A stretch of DNA of 64,000 nt from positions 169,545 through 233,544 of the forward strand of contig CALODM010000026.1 in the NCBI GenBank assembly GCA_942492125.1, written 5' to 3'. Below the pieces are notes generated by a model. It was not told the origin of the DNA. It saw nothing but the letters and a program-made list of their open reading frames with translations, and did no database searches. A program made the position numbers and the translations under genes. Each line of letters begins with the position of its first letter. Within the stretch, counting starts at the first letter, position 1. Positions 54,482 to 64,000 of this stretch are shown here, in pieces. Origin of the DNA: an uncultured Bacteroidota bacterium. GTDB taxonomy: Bacteria > Bacteroidota > Bacteroidia > Chitinophagales > Saprospiraceae.

Positions 54482-55627
54482 TTATCTGAATTTTTTCTTG
54501 CGACTACCTTTGTACAATTCGTAGTGCTGGAATTTACACTCCAGGGAACCATTGAACAAGGGGATTTTCCTGGAAGTCCTCAAGCCCAAATTTTTAAACG
54601 CCTCAAAATTAGAAGAGATGACCCAGGCATCAAAGCCGGTGAAGGCATGTTTCATTCTGTCCCCCATCATCGTATACAAGGCGTTGATATTATCTTCCTC
54701 CAGTCGTTCTCCATAGGGTGGATTGATGATCATCAGTCCACCGTTATTTTCTTCGAGTTCCAAATCTGCAAAGTCCGTCAACTGTAATTTGACTTTATTG
54801 TCCAGTCGTACTGCCTGCAAGTTGGTCCGGGTGGTTTTAATGGCTTCAGGGTCAAGGTCAGATCCCAGTAATTTATACCGGAAAGCTCTTTGTTTTTTAC
54901 GGGCGTCCTGTTTTACCTGTCTCCATAAACGGGCATCAAAATCCTCCCAGTTCATGAAAGCGAAATCTTTTCTCATGATCTGTGCAGGTACATTATAAGC
55001 CATCATGGCGGCCTCGATCAAAATTGTTCCGGAACCGCACATGGGGTCGACAAAATCGCGATCAGCATTCCAGCCGGCCAGTTTGAGCATTCCGGCAGCA
55101 AGTACTTCACTTAAAGGAGCCGAGGTCTGAGCCAGGCGGTAATTCCTTTTATGGAGGGAATCCCCGGAACTATCCAGGGCAATCGTACATTCTGTACCAC
55201 CGATATGTACATTGATCCTCAAAAACGGATTATTGACATCAACATCGGGACGTCTGCCGGTCTTTTCACGGAATTGGTCCACAATGGCATCTTTGGTTTT
55301 CTGAGCAACATATTTGGAGTGGTTAAAATTTGGAGAGGCTATTGCTGCATCAATGGCCAGGGTATCCCTCAAACTCATAAAATCTTCCCAGTTGATGGTC
55401 TGTACCTGACGATATAATTCGTGTTCATTCCTGACGGTGAAATTCGCTATGGGCTTTAATATCCTGATTGCAGTCCGAAGTTCATAATTGGCCCGATACA
55501 ACAATTGGAGGTCACCCTCAAATTGAACAGCTCTTTTGAGCGGAACAATATTGGTTCCGCCAAGATCCAGGATTTCCTTTTCAAGCACACCTTCCAGGCC
55601 TGCCAGCGTTTTGGCTACTAATTGCAC
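54482..55627 (-). CDS. THUMP-domain class I SAM-dependent RNA methyltransferase (UPF0020/RlmL-like)
   Basis: 381 aa. The N-terminal ferredoxin-like plus THUMP region is followed by DPMCGSGTILIEA and the NPPYGERL catalytic motif. Confidence 0.8.
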   Translation of the reverse strand: MQLVAKTLAGLEGVLEKEILDLGGTNIVPLKRAVQFEGDLQLLYRANYELRTAIRILKPIANFTVRNEHELYRQVQTINWEDFMSLRDTLAIDAAIASPNFNHSKYVAQKTKDAIVDQFREKTGRRPDVDVNNPFLRINVHIGGTECTIALDSSGDSLHKRNYRLAQTSAPLSEVLAAGMLKLAGWNADRDFVDPMCGSGTILIEAAMMAYNVPAQIMRKDFAFMNWEDFDARLWRQVKQDARKKQRAFRYKLLGSDLDPEAIKTTRTNLQAVRLDNKVKLQLTDFADLELEENNGGLMIINPPYGERLEEDNINALYTMMGDRMKHAFTGFDAWVISSNFEAFKNLGLRTSRKIPLFNGSLECKFQHYELYKGSRKKKFR

Positions 55628-55767
55628 GTCGATATATTTTGTGCGAAGATAATCTTTAAGTAGGTTAATTTCCGGATTCCATGGCAGCTAATTTATCAGG
55701 CTTCGCGTTCAGCCGACGCCCGGCATTGGCAAGGAAGGGTTTGCGGGACGACAGGTCAGAAAAGAAA

Positions 55768-55798
55768 AACGGCCTTGAGCGAATTGCTCAAGGCCGTT
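55768..55798 (-). terminator. Rho-independent terminator ending the gldKLMN operon
   Basis: AACGGCCTTGAGC-gaatt-GCTCAAGGCCGTT, a perfect 13-bp stem. On the minus strand it is followed by UUUUUCUUUUCU, and it lies 33 nt past the gldN stop. Confidence 0.85.
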
Positions 55799-55830
55799 TT
55801 CTATATTTTACAATCAATTAAGAAGAAAGC

Positions 55831-56697
55831 TTAGTATGACCAAAGGTCATGTTCGAAATTGAAAATTTCAGCTTCGATATTTCTTCCTTCTAACAGAAGA
55901 TCAACTCCGGAAAGGTAATCCTGCAAACGCTGGTCGAATACATTGGATTCCTTGTAAACAAAGCTGGCAAAGAAACGCATTTCCAGTAAATCTTCCCAGG
56001 ACATAGGGGAAGCATCATTACCATAATTAAATACGCGTTCTCTTGCGAGCATTTCTCTTGCTGATGGGTAATAAACCCAGAACATCGGCTTCTCATACTT
56101 GAAGTTTCCATTCTCGTCTTTTACATCGAGCAGTGGAGCGATTCCGAGGATACGCACCTGCAAGGTGGAAGACTCTTCATCAAAGAACCAGATTTCCTTA
56201 ACGCGGAAACGTTTAACATCTTCCGGGTTAATTTCGTTGGTAACGATCTGAATTTTTTCTTCATAAGTTACCGGATCGAAAGTTGTAACCGTATCAATGC
56301 TGGCTCCCATGGAAGCTACTTCATCCGGATCGAGTGCTGAAGTGAACTTGTCATTTTCAGCATCGTAAACAGTAATTTCACCAGCTTCAGCTGCATCCAT
56401 CAGTATGGAGAAAAAAGGACGCTCAGGATAAGCGAAGGGCAGATTCATTTTCTCACGCACATCGATAACTCTCCAAATGCGCTTTTCCCAGAAAAGATCC
56501 GCTTCGCGAATATGGTCATAAGGGAGCACTCGCTTTTCCATGATCGTTCTTTTGTCAACAACGTCATCGAGTGGCCCTTCTTCATCCTCATTTTCAGCCT
56601 CCGTGAGAATGATATTGTCCGGCACTTGTGCATTAGCCGGTGCTGCGAAGAATAAAATCAAAAAACTTAATCCCAGCAGTTTTAAAGTGATCTTCAT
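55831..56697 (-). CDS. gldN: T9SS ring component GldN (PorN)
   Basis: 288 aa with a signal peptide and the pattern PYDHIREADLFWEKRIWRVIDVREKMN. It is the last gene of the K-L-M-N series. Confidence 0.9.
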   Translation of the reverse strand: MKITLKLLGLSFLILFFAAPANAQVPDNIILTEAENEDEEGPLDDVVDKRTIMEKRVLPYDHIREADLFWEKRIWRVIDVREKMNLPFAYPERPFFSILMDAAEAGEITVYDAENDKFTSALDPDEVASMGASIDTVTTFDPVTYEEKIQIVTNEINPEDVKRFRVKEIWFFDEESSTLQVRILGIAPLLDVKDENGNFKYEKPMFWVYYPSAREMLARERVFNYGNDASPMSWEDLLEMRFFASFVYKESNVFDQRLQDYLSGVDLLLEGRNIEAEIFNFEHDLWSY

Positions 56698-56781
56698 GAT
56701 TGTGTATGTTTTTAAAGAATGTAAAAGTGCACTCCTAAAACGGTATATACGAGGGCACTATTACACTTTAACAGAATTTTT

Positions 56782-58395
56782 TTACTTAATCTTAAATACC
56801 ATGGAGTTAATAGACCTTCCAGCATTATCTCCGGGGCATTTTGCCTTCACATTGTCAAAGTAGTAGATATCTCCTGGTTTTGCCTGAGATACCAATCTTT
56901 TAGATTTATCATTGTAGCGGGCTCCTCCGTTATTCGACTCAATAGGGTCCTGACGCTTGGCTACATAAACAAGGTTGAAACCCTGGATAGCACAGTTAGC
57001 ATCAAAGTCAAAGTTATCGAGGAAGGCACCAACACCTCCCTGGGCTTTGAACTCACCGTTACCCATCTCACCACCACTACTTCTACTCAAACGAGCAACC
57101 GGGTCAGGGATACGCTTAACACGGAAGATCTTGCTGTCTCTCAAACCACCACCAGAAACATTAACTCTGGCTTCTCCTGGTGTAGTTACATTAACCACAT
57201 AATTTCCTTTACCAACTTTTCTGATGTTTCCACCGGACATGCTGACGTTAAGGTCGTTACTGGAGATACCCGCAGCTGAAACAGCAACCGGATTATCGAC
57301 ACCGATGTAGAATACATTCATCTTTTCGGCAGAAACCGTTACAGAACGTTCTCCGACTTCGTATTTGAAGGTCTTCTCATAGTTATCAACTTTTCCGGTA
57401 AAAGGATTCTCAACGCTGATGACAACTTTGTATTCTTTTTCACCGATAGAGGAAGTACGAACACTGTATTGTCCCTTACCTTCCTCGATCTTCAATGATT
57501 CACCGTTAACTCTCATGGAAATTCCCTCAGCAGCCTGCGATGAGAAAGCACTGAGGAAAACTTCTGCTTTGTATTCTTCTCCTTTGATCACATAACCTTT
57601 TTCAGCGGAAGCTACAGGTTCAAATTTATCGAACTCAATAGTTGTCGCACCGATCTGGCTGGAGAGGAAGTTGATGATTGTTGCTTCCGAGTTGGTAGCA
57701 TCATTCTGGAATTTACGCAAAACAGGATAACAAGCCGCAACAGGCATGTGTCCGAATATAAAATCCTCCCAGTTGGCCTTTTTATAATCTTTCCAGGTCT
57801 GATCATCAAGTTTCAGAGAAAGATTATCCAAAAGGTTATCAACGTCAGCTTGTTTGATCTGCGTACCTTCAATGTTCATTTGCTGAACATTTTTAACAAG
57901 ATCAACCAATGCTGTTCTGGTATCTTCGATCTTCTTCCTGAGTACCGGTCCAACAGGTTCTGATTTTAATTTTCCTCCTGTTCCTTTCATACCATCAACA
58001 AAATAAGCAGTAGGAATTTCTTTATCCTTAAACCTTTTGGGTTTACCGGCTTTTTTAGGATCCTTGAAGTCGGCAGGAAATAATCCTCCTGCTTCTTTTA
58101 CCAGATCTTCACGGATTTCATCTACGTAATCATTAAAATCTTTTACGATAACCTGCGCCTGTTTTGCTGCATCGAGCAAAGGCTGGTAGTTCGTTTTTTC
58201 GGATACGGTTTCCTCCATGGAGGCAATTACCTTGGTATTGGTAGCATTAACAATCCCACTTGAAGTATCAATACTATCATCCAAAGTGAAAAAAGCGTTC
58301 ATAACTTCCGCGGATACATTCAGCGCCAACAACGCCGTCAGTACCAGGTACATCAGGTTAATCATCAACTGCCGCGGTTCCTTAGGTATTGACAT
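56782..58395 (-). CDS. gldM: T9SS motor/shaft component GldM (PorM)
   Basis: 537 aa. The N-terminus PRQLMINLMYLVLTALLALNVSAEVMNAF is the signature GldM TM helix. Confidence 0.92.
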   Translation of the reverse strand: MSIPKEPRQLMINLMYLVLTALLALNVSAEVMNAFFTLDDSIDTSSGIVNATNTKVIASMEETVSEKTNYQPLLDAAKQAQVIVKDFNDYVDEIREDLVKEAGGLFPADFKDPKKAGKPKRFKDKEIPTAYFVDGMKGTGGKLKSEPVGPVLRKKIEDTRTALVDLVKNVQQMNIEGTQIKQADVDNLLDNLSLKLDDQTWKDYKKANWEDFIFGHMPVAACYPVLRKFQNDATNSEATIINFLSSQIGATTIEFDKFEPVASAEKGYVIKGEEYKAEVFLSAFSSQAAEGISMRVNGESLKIEEGKGQYSVRTSSIGEKEYKVVISVENPFTGKVDNYEKTFKYEVGERSVTVSAEKMNVFYIGVDNPVAVSAAGISSNDLNVSMSGGNIRKVGKGNYVVNVTTPGEARVNVSGGGLRDSKIFRVKRIPDPVARLSRSSGGEMGNGEFKAQGGVGAFLDNFDFDANCAIQGFNLVYVAKRQDPIESNNGGARYNDKSKRLVSQAKPGDIYYFDNVKAKCPGDNAGRSINSMVFKIK

Positions 58396-58445
58396 ATTTC
58401 TTCTTTTTTAATTTAAAAAATAAATTTATTCAGTTACCTAAGCTA

Positions 58446-59051
58446 TTAGCTTTTCACATTAGACATCGCAGAAATAACGTTTCCATAAACGTCGTTCAAT
58501 GCGCTGTAGGTATTGTTCAGAGAACCGATGTTCTGGTTCAAAGCGCCTAATTGTTCTTTGTACTGCTTGGTGTCTTCCAAAGAATCACTCAGGTTAGCCA
58601 TGGCTTCATTCAACTTGGAATAGAAGTTATTCATGGATTTGATTTGCTCACTAGTGCCGGAGAAATCAACTTCCTGAAGGGCCTTCAGCGAAGACATACT
58701 CCGTGACATGGTCTGCAATTCGGTTAACATTCCTCCCAACTGCTGCTCAACAACTTCACCATTCAATCCTGGAGTAGAAGCACCAACTGGTCCATCGGTC
58801 AGGGGAGTGATCTGTGAACCGTAATCAGCTAACCCGGGGTATAATTTATCCCAGTAGTAATCCGGCTCAGGTCCGATGATACCGAGGAAGAGGAAGATAA
58901 ATGCTTCCGTTCCCAATCCGATCATCAACATGGTACTCGCTCCATCCCAACTTTCAAGTTTGAAAAGTGCTCCCAGAAGTACAACGGCAGCACCAACACC
59001 AATAATAAAGTTTTTAACGTACTTGAATGTCTTAGATTTCAAAAAACTCAT
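58446..59051 (-). CDS. gldL: T9SS motor component GldL (PorL)
   Basis: 201 aa with two N-terminal TM helices (NFIIGVGAAVVLLGALFKL; MLMIGLGTEAFIFLFLGI, containing the conserved Glu). A coiled-coil tail follows. Confidence 0.92.
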   Translation of the reverse strand: MSFLKSKTFKYVKNFIIGVGAAVVLLGALFKLESWDGASTMLMIGLGTEAFIFLFLGIIGPEPDYYWDKLYPGLADYGSQITPLTDGPVGASTPGLNGEVVEQQLGGMLTELQTMSRSMSSLKALQEVDFSGTSEQIKSMNNFYSKLNEAMANLSDSLEDTKQYKEQLGALNQNIGSLNNTYSALNDVYGNVISAMSNVKS

Positions 59052-59210
59052 TTGCTAATAATTTTAAAAAGGTTAGCTAATCATAATTAATATTGATTCC
59101 CTGTTTTCAGGAAACTCCGAACTCATAATGCAAGGCTGTAAAAAAGTAACAGCTTGCTTTGAAAAAAAATCTGGAGATCAACAAAAGAATCAAAATGAAA
59201 GTGAGGATAT

Positions 59211-59243
59211 CGCTTGAAAGTCAATATCCTCACCTGTTTTTTC
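59211..59243 (-). terminator. Intra-operon stem-loop between gldK and gldL (possible attenuator)
   Basis: GTGAGGATAT (59211-59220) pairs with ATATCCTCAC (59234-59243), a 10-bp perfect stem 6 nt after the gldK stop. On the minus strand it is followed by UUUCAUUUUGAUUCUUUUG. Confidence 0.4.
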
Positions 59244-59248
59244 TTTTC

Positions 59249-60493
59249 CTAGAAGTCATTGATTGAACGACCGAGGAAGGTCAGGGCACAACGGAAACCG
59301 ATGTAAGATTTGGTTGTATCCTGGTATTCCCAGTGACGGGTACCTGTCTGTATGAAGTGGGCAATATCTTTCCAGGAACCGCCTCTGATCACCTTACGCT
59401 TGTAAGCTTCAGGATCGTCGTCCTTAGCATCGTAACGGATATCAGGATTGAGGTCATGAACAAAGGAATAAGCATTCGCATAGTATGCAGAACTGGTCCA
59501 CTCGGCGACGTTTCCGGACATATTGAAGAGTCCGTATCCGTTTGGATCGTACGCATCCGCTCTTACTGTGTACTGACCACCATCTTCCGGGTAGTTACCA
59601 CGACCTGGCTTGAAGTTTGCCAATAGACATCCCTTGGCATTTCTTGTGTAATAACCTCCCCAGGGGAAAGGTGCAAGGTCATGTCCACCTCTGGCAGCAT
59701 ATTCCCATTCATGTTCTGTAGGTAATCGGAAGTCTTCAGAGTTGATGCCATCGCCTCTTTCGTTTTGGTAGGCATTCCAGAGTTTCGTTCTCCAGTAAGC
59801 AAAAGCTGTTGCCATTCTCCAATCTACGCCAACAACCGGATAATCATCGAAGGCCGGGTGCCAGAAATAGTTACGGGCCATTGGTTCATTGTAAGAATAG
59901 GAGAAATCTCTCACCCATACCAAGGTGTCGGGATAAACATTGACTTTCTTTCTGGTGATGAATGAATTTCTTGGAGATTTGCCTTTATCATTGGCAGCAG
60001 CTTTCCAGTCGAACCACTCATATTCATAGACGAATTTGCTCACATCAAATTCTCTTTTACCGGCAAAACGATCATCTCCCTGGTAGTAGAGGTCGTAAAG
60101 TGTTTCATCTTCCCAGTCAATTTCGTACTCCCAGTCGATGAACTGGTCACCCTCGTCATTTTCGTAATAGTGATCGAGATAGGAGTGAGCGATGGAGTCT
60201 CTTACCCAATAAACAAATTGTCTGTATTCGTTATTGGTAATTTCTGTTTCATCCATGTAAAAGCCCTGGATAGAGATGGATTTTTGTCTTTGGACATAGG
60301 TGTTGCTGATGTCCTGGTCACTTGCTCCTATGTGAAGTGTTCCGGAGGGAACGTAAACCATGCCGTAGGGATTAATGCCTTTCCATGCTGGACGATCCAT
60401 GACGCCGACCAATTCTCCGGTCTCACGTCTTCCACAGGATACTACCACCAAAATAACGAATAGCAAAAGAGATGCTTTTAATAGTTTTTTCAT
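59249..60493 (-). CDS. gldK: T9SS lipoprotein GldK (PorK), FGE-sulfatase/SUMF1 fold
   Basis: 414 aa. The lipobox is LVVVSCG. The motifs GMVYVPSGT, ETEITNNEYRQF, RLPTEHEWEYAARGG, GLFNMSGNVAEW and RVIRGGSW fit the FGE fold. Confidence 0.92.
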   Translation of the reverse strand: MKKLLKASLLLFVILVVVSCGRRETGELVGVMDRPAWKGINPYGMVYVPSGTLHIGASDQDISNTYVQRQKSISIQGFYMDETEITNNEYRQFVYWVRDSIAHSYLDHYYENDEGDQFIDWEYEIDWEDETLYDLYYQGDDRFAGKREFDVSKFVYEYEWFDWKAAANDKGKSPRNSFITRKKVNVYPDTLVWVRDFSYSYNEPMARNYFWHPAFDDYPVVGVDWRMATAFAYWRTKLWNAYQNERGDGINSEDFRLPTEHEWEYAARGGHDLAPFPWGGYYTRNAKGCLLANFKPGRGNYPEDGGQYTVRADAYDPNGYGLFNMSGNVAEWTSSAYYANAYSFVHDLNPDIRYDAKDDDPEAYKRKVIRGGSWKDIAHFIQTGTRHWEYQDTTKSYIGFRCALTFLGRSINDF

Positions 60494-60985
60494 GTTTACA
60501 CCCGAGTTTTCCTTCTGAAAATTAATGAATAATTAAGTGAGCAATTTTTAAAATGCCCGTAAATATAGATTCTTTGATTATTTTATCAAAAATAAGTTTT
60601 CTAAATTGTTAGAGAAATGTCAAAGTTTAACATAACTGAATAGAAGAACGCAAAATTAACATTATGTATTATACATTCTAATTTTTTTAAAACCTTAACA
60701 TTTTAAGGGTGACCCGAAAATTAAGGGGTTCCTTGTTGAATCCTTTGGAAATTGAGCTATTAAATGTCTGTTTTTGATTAAAAACGTACAATAAACATTC
60801 AATTTAACGCGACAAAATTAATTTTTTCTGTCGATGTTCAAAGAAACTACCAACAAAAAAAATGTACGCTGAAATGCAAAATCAGGATTTTAACATTTAC
60901 CAGGACACAAAAGCGATCCTTTTTGATCGTTACCCTTGATCTGTTTAGGTTTTTTTCCAGTGAGAGAGATAGAAAATTAATGTTG

Positions 60986-61951
60986 CTACAAAAAACGGGG
61001 ATTGTAGATTATTTCAGGTAACCTGCCTTTCCCGATGGTTTGTTCCAGCGTATAGGTGATCTGGATCTCATGAGATCCACTGTGGGCATTATTGAGTTTT
61101 GACAAACCCACATCATAAGCATATGCCACCCGCAGTTTATCATTGAGCGAGAAACCACCGATCAATGCCAATGCATCTATAGTGCTGGAACTATAACCTC
61201 TAAACGAGGCACCCCCAAAAATATTGTTGTTATAATCAACGAGTAAAGAAAGATTGGTCTGTAAAGCCCTGGCATCAGATCTGAGAGCAACGGCGGGATG
61301 CAGCGAAACGGCATCCGTCAATTCGAAATGGGCGGCAACATTCATGTAATAATGACGGACCAAAAGCAAACCAACCCCATCCTGGGAAGCTTTGCCTTCA
61401 TTGACATTCTGCACTGCAAGCCCGGCTTCAAACCTTTCTGTCTGGTAATAAACTCCGAGATTTGCTGTCGGTATGGTAAGGCTGATATTCGTCGTAGGCA
61501 ATATATCATCGTTATGGGTGAAGTTACCAGGTTCATTATAGGTACCCTCCGGTGTGAGCAATTTTCTCCCATCCAGAGAACGGGATACAATACCGCCAGA
61601 AAAACCCGCTGACAAAATTCCTTCACCGATGTAAAAATGATAATCGTAGGCCAGCAGCCCCATCACGCCTTGTTCAGCACCTATCGTTTCATTTTGAACC
61701 CGGATACCTACACCACTATTAAATATGTATAAGGGCATATGGGCATTGACCTGCTGTGTCTGTGGCTGCCCTGGCAATGCAACCCACTGGCTTCTGATAC
61801 TGGCAGTCATCTTTAAAGAAGGTTGTAAGCCGGCGTAAGCGGGGTTATTCGTAAAGGGATCCAGCATTTCGAGGCTGTACTGTGGTATCTGCTGACCAAG
61901 TAAATGGGTACAGATAAATGTGCCTGCGATTATCAGAAAGATGCGATTCAT
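60986..61951 (-). CDS. PorP/SprF family T9SS membrane protein upstream of gldK
   Basis: The probable start at 61951 gives MNRIFLIIAGTFICTHLLGQQ. The motif IPQYSLEMLDPFTNNPAYAG follows. It occupies the same position as porP in the porP-porKLMN arrangement. Confidence 0.85.
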   Translation of the reverse strand: MNRIFLIIAGTFICTHLLGQQIPQYSLEMLDPFTNNPAYAGLQPSLKMTASIRSQWVALPGQPQTQQVNAHMPLYIFNSGVGIRVQNETIGAEQGVMGLLAYDYHFYIGEGILSAGFSGGIVSRSLDGRKLLTPEGTYNEPGNFTHNDDILPTTNISLTIPTANLGVYYQTERFEAGLAVQNVNEGKASQDGVGLLLVRHYYMNVAAHFELTDAVSLHPAVALRSDARALQTNLSLLVDYNNNIFGGASFRGYSSSTIDALALIGGFSLNDKLRVAYAYDVGLSKLNNAHSGSHEIQITYTLEQTIGKGRLPEIIYNPRFL

Positions 61952-62190
61952 CGGGAATATTTTTCTATAATTGTGCTGTAATTTAGATATTTCCAAAGAA
62001 AAAGGAAAGTGGAAAGTCCTTTTTGTCCGGCAAACATCCTAAGATTTAAACTCTGATGCAGCAATTTAGTTCAATGAGGCATCTTGAAAAAAACACAGAT
62101 AACCCCTCTGCCGTTGTACACTGATTACATTTGTCGCCGGCGAGACCGGAAATTTCACCTATTTACAACTACTAATAAATAACTTAACTA

Positions 62191-62910
62191 ATGAAAAGAG
62201 CAGGCATTTTATTTTTATTTCTAGCCGTCACCTTCAGTGCGAGTGCCCAGATGTGGATCGAAGTGGGCGCCAAGGGGCAGTATGGGTTTAAGGGCTTTTA
62301 CAACGACAATATCATCAATGACCGCGACCACGAATACAAAATAAGTCCGGGGTATTCCTATGGTGCTTTATTGAATATCAATTTCGCAGACAGACATGGA
62401 TTCATCATTGAGGGCCTTTTATCTGAAAATGTTCAAAAATTCAACTACGAACTCGGCGGTTCTCTACAGACCGCGAGCGAAATTACGTGGTCAACCCTCG
62501 ACGGTTACCTCATGTATCGTGCCTACAACAATACCGCCTACCTCGAGATTGGTCCAAAAATCTCCGTAATTCGTTCTATTGACCAAAGTCCGAATGTGTT
62601 AAACATCTGGGATATCCCCCAACAATACAATGAGCAATACTGGTCGGCTGCTTTTGGTTTTGGAGGAATGATCGTCGGTTCTGAATTCTTTACTTTGAAA
62701 ATGGGCCTGAGATTCGAATATGCCCTGGGCGACCTGGTCAATGAAACCGGACAGGACCACCGTTTTCCGGCTTATTACGTCAATTATGAAGAGTACAGGG
62801 CTTCTCGTCCATTTAGCGCAACGCTGAATCTGGAGCTCAATTTTGCCATCGGTGCAGTAGCCCGTGCACAATGCGGTAGAAGAAGTTTTATTTTCGGTTC
62901 AGGATACTAG
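62191..62910 (+). CDS. Outer-membrane beta-barrel (porin-family/OmpW-like) protein
   Basis: 239 aa with the signal peptide MKRAGILFLFLAVTFSASAQ, alternating beta-strand pattern and a terminal aromatic residue (FGSGY). Confidence 0.65.
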   Translation: MKRAGILFLFLAVTFSASAQMWIEVGAKGQYGFKGFYNDNIINDRDHEYKISPGYSYGALLNINFADRHGFIIEGLLSENVQKFNYELGGSLQTASEITWSTLDGYLMYRAYNNTAYLEIGPKISVIRSIDQSPNVLNIWDIPQQYNEQYWSAAFGFGGMIVGSEFFTLKMGLRFEYALGDLVNETGQDHRFPAYYVNYEEYRASRPFSATLNLELNFAIGAVARAQCGRRSFIFGSGY

Positions 62911-62922
62911 ATAATGATAATT

Positions 62923-62969
62923 GCAGAGTGCAGAATGAAGATTTTAAAACGCTGCATTCTTCACTCTGC
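62923..62969. terminator. Bidirectional stem-loop between convergent genes
   Basis: GCAGAGTGCAGAATG pairs with CATTCTTCACTCTGC, 15 bp with one mismatch and a 17-nt loop. It overlaps the stop codon of the minus-strand gene. Confidence 0.55.
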
Positions 62970-63848
62970 ATTCTTCACGCTTACCGTATCCTTGTACTCT
63001 TCCCTGATCTGCTCACTCGTTTTTCTCGACCCGTCATGGCTCCAGCCCGGAGGACCAAACATATATCCCATAGCATTACGGAAGGATCCTGCAGTAAACG
63101 TATCCCTGAATAACCTCCCCCATTCCAGGAATGCAATTTTCACAGGATTGTAGGTATTGATATTCTTCACCAATCCATAGGTGGGATGTTCCTCCTCTTG
63201 CTGAAAGGTGCCAAAAATGCGATCCCAAATGATCAAAATGCCCCCATGGTTCCTATCGAGATATTTCGGATCTGAAGAATGGTGAACGCGATGGTGGGCA
63301 GGGGTATTAAAAATAAATTCCAGCGGCCCGGGCAACTTGTCGATAGCTTCTGTATGTATCCAGAATTGATACAACAAACTGACAGACTGCATCATCATCA
63401 CCCATATGGGATGAAACCCGATCAATGGCAGCCACAACCAAAAGATAAAACCTCCTGTGAGATCACCTGTCCAGGTTTGCCTCAAAGCAGTACCGAGATT
63501 GTATTTCCGGGAAGAGTGGTGAACCACGTGAGAAGCCCAGAAATAACGGCTTTCATGGGAAATTCTATGAAACCAGTAATAGGAAAAATCTTCTCCGAAA
63601 AACAACAACACCCATGCCCACCAGACGACTTCGATTTCAAAAATATGGAATTGATACACCAAAGTATAGGCCCCAAAAACAAGGGTCTTCCCCAACAATC
63701 CTACGATAACATTGCCAATCCCCATAACCAGACTGCTGGCTGTATCCTTTAACTCAAACCAATGCTTTTGATACCTGACCGAAAACCAAATTTCCAGCAA
63801 TAGCAAAAGGATAAATCCCGGGATGGCGTAAATAACGATGTTATTCAT
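62961..63848 (-). CDS. Fatty acid hydroxylase / sterol desaturase family membrane protein
   Basis: 295 aa with three His boxes: HRISH, HVVHH and HHRVHH. Confidence 0.85.
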   Translation of the reverse strand: MNNIVIYAIPGFILLLLLEIWFSVRYQKHWFELKDTASSLVMGIGNVIVGLLGKTLVFGAYTLVYQFHIFEIEVVWWAWVLLFFGEDFSYYWFHRISHESRYFWASHVVHHSSRKYNLGTALRQTWTGDLTGGFIFWLWLPLIGFHPIWVMMMQSVSLLYQFWIHTEAIDKLPGPLEFIFNTPAHHRVHHSSDPKYLDRNHGGILIIWDRIFGTFQQEEEHPTYGLVKNINTYNPVKIAFLEWGRLFRDTFTAGSFRNAMGYMFGPPGWSHDGSRKTSEQIREEYKDTVSVKNAE

Positions 63849-63918
63849 AAAACTGGCTTTTACATTAATTCTGCCCGAAAGTTACAAAATCAAATCATTA
63901 TGACAGGCCACCAAAAAA

Positions 63919-63953
63919 ACAGTCAAGCTTCCCTCCTTGGCAAGCCTGACTGT
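63919..63953 (-). terminator. Rho-independent terminator for a minus-strand gene ending at or beyond the right window edge
   Basis: ACAGTCAAGCTT pairs with AAGCCTGACTGT, 12 bp with one mismatch. On the minus strand it is followed by UUUUUUUGG. Confidence 0.5.
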
Positions 63954-64000
63954 TCATTTTAATCAGAAAAATTATGTTCACCTAAAAATCAATTAAACCA

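Overview
The window looks like a chromosomal segment of a Bacteroidota genome. This is inferred from gldK-gldL-gldM-gldN, two PorP/SprF genes, gldG, SprB-repeat and T9SS C-terminal sorting domains, and promoter-like TTTG/TAnnTTTG motifs. About 50 protein-coding genes are dense on both strands. I found no rRNA, tRNA, CRISPR array, intact IS element or integrase.

Recognisable content:
- T9SS/gliding core operon porP-like/gldKLMN (55.8-62.0 kb).
- A second PorP/SprF plus multidomain OmpA pair (2.1-5.8 kb).
- gldG plus a DUF4340 gene.
- Two T9SS cargo proteins: a CGPC thioredoxin-fold protein and a 1395-aa SprB/HYR adhesin.
- A ferrous-iron (Feo) locus with two DtxR-type regulators and a feoB interrupted by one in-frame TAA.
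- Housekeeping genes: radA, rpsU, tesB, nadB, PolX, moeB-like, a THUMP methyltransferase and a nucleoside phosphorylase.

The least explained region is a co-directional minus-strand block at 38.6-47.3 kb. It holds a tail-anchored beta-sandwich-like protein, an exported TPR-CHAT (caspase-like) protein, a CoA-binding protein, a SAM methyltransferase, an LtaS/sulfatase-like membrane transferase and a CDP-alcohol phosphatidyltransferase. Next to it lie a 1.2-kb AT-rich ORF-poor island and two orphan genes.

Three genes within 24.5-31.8 kb (LAS-type peptidase-like, SulP, GmhB-like) are broken by single-base frameshifts. All functional calls come from motif recognition by eye. No database search was run.
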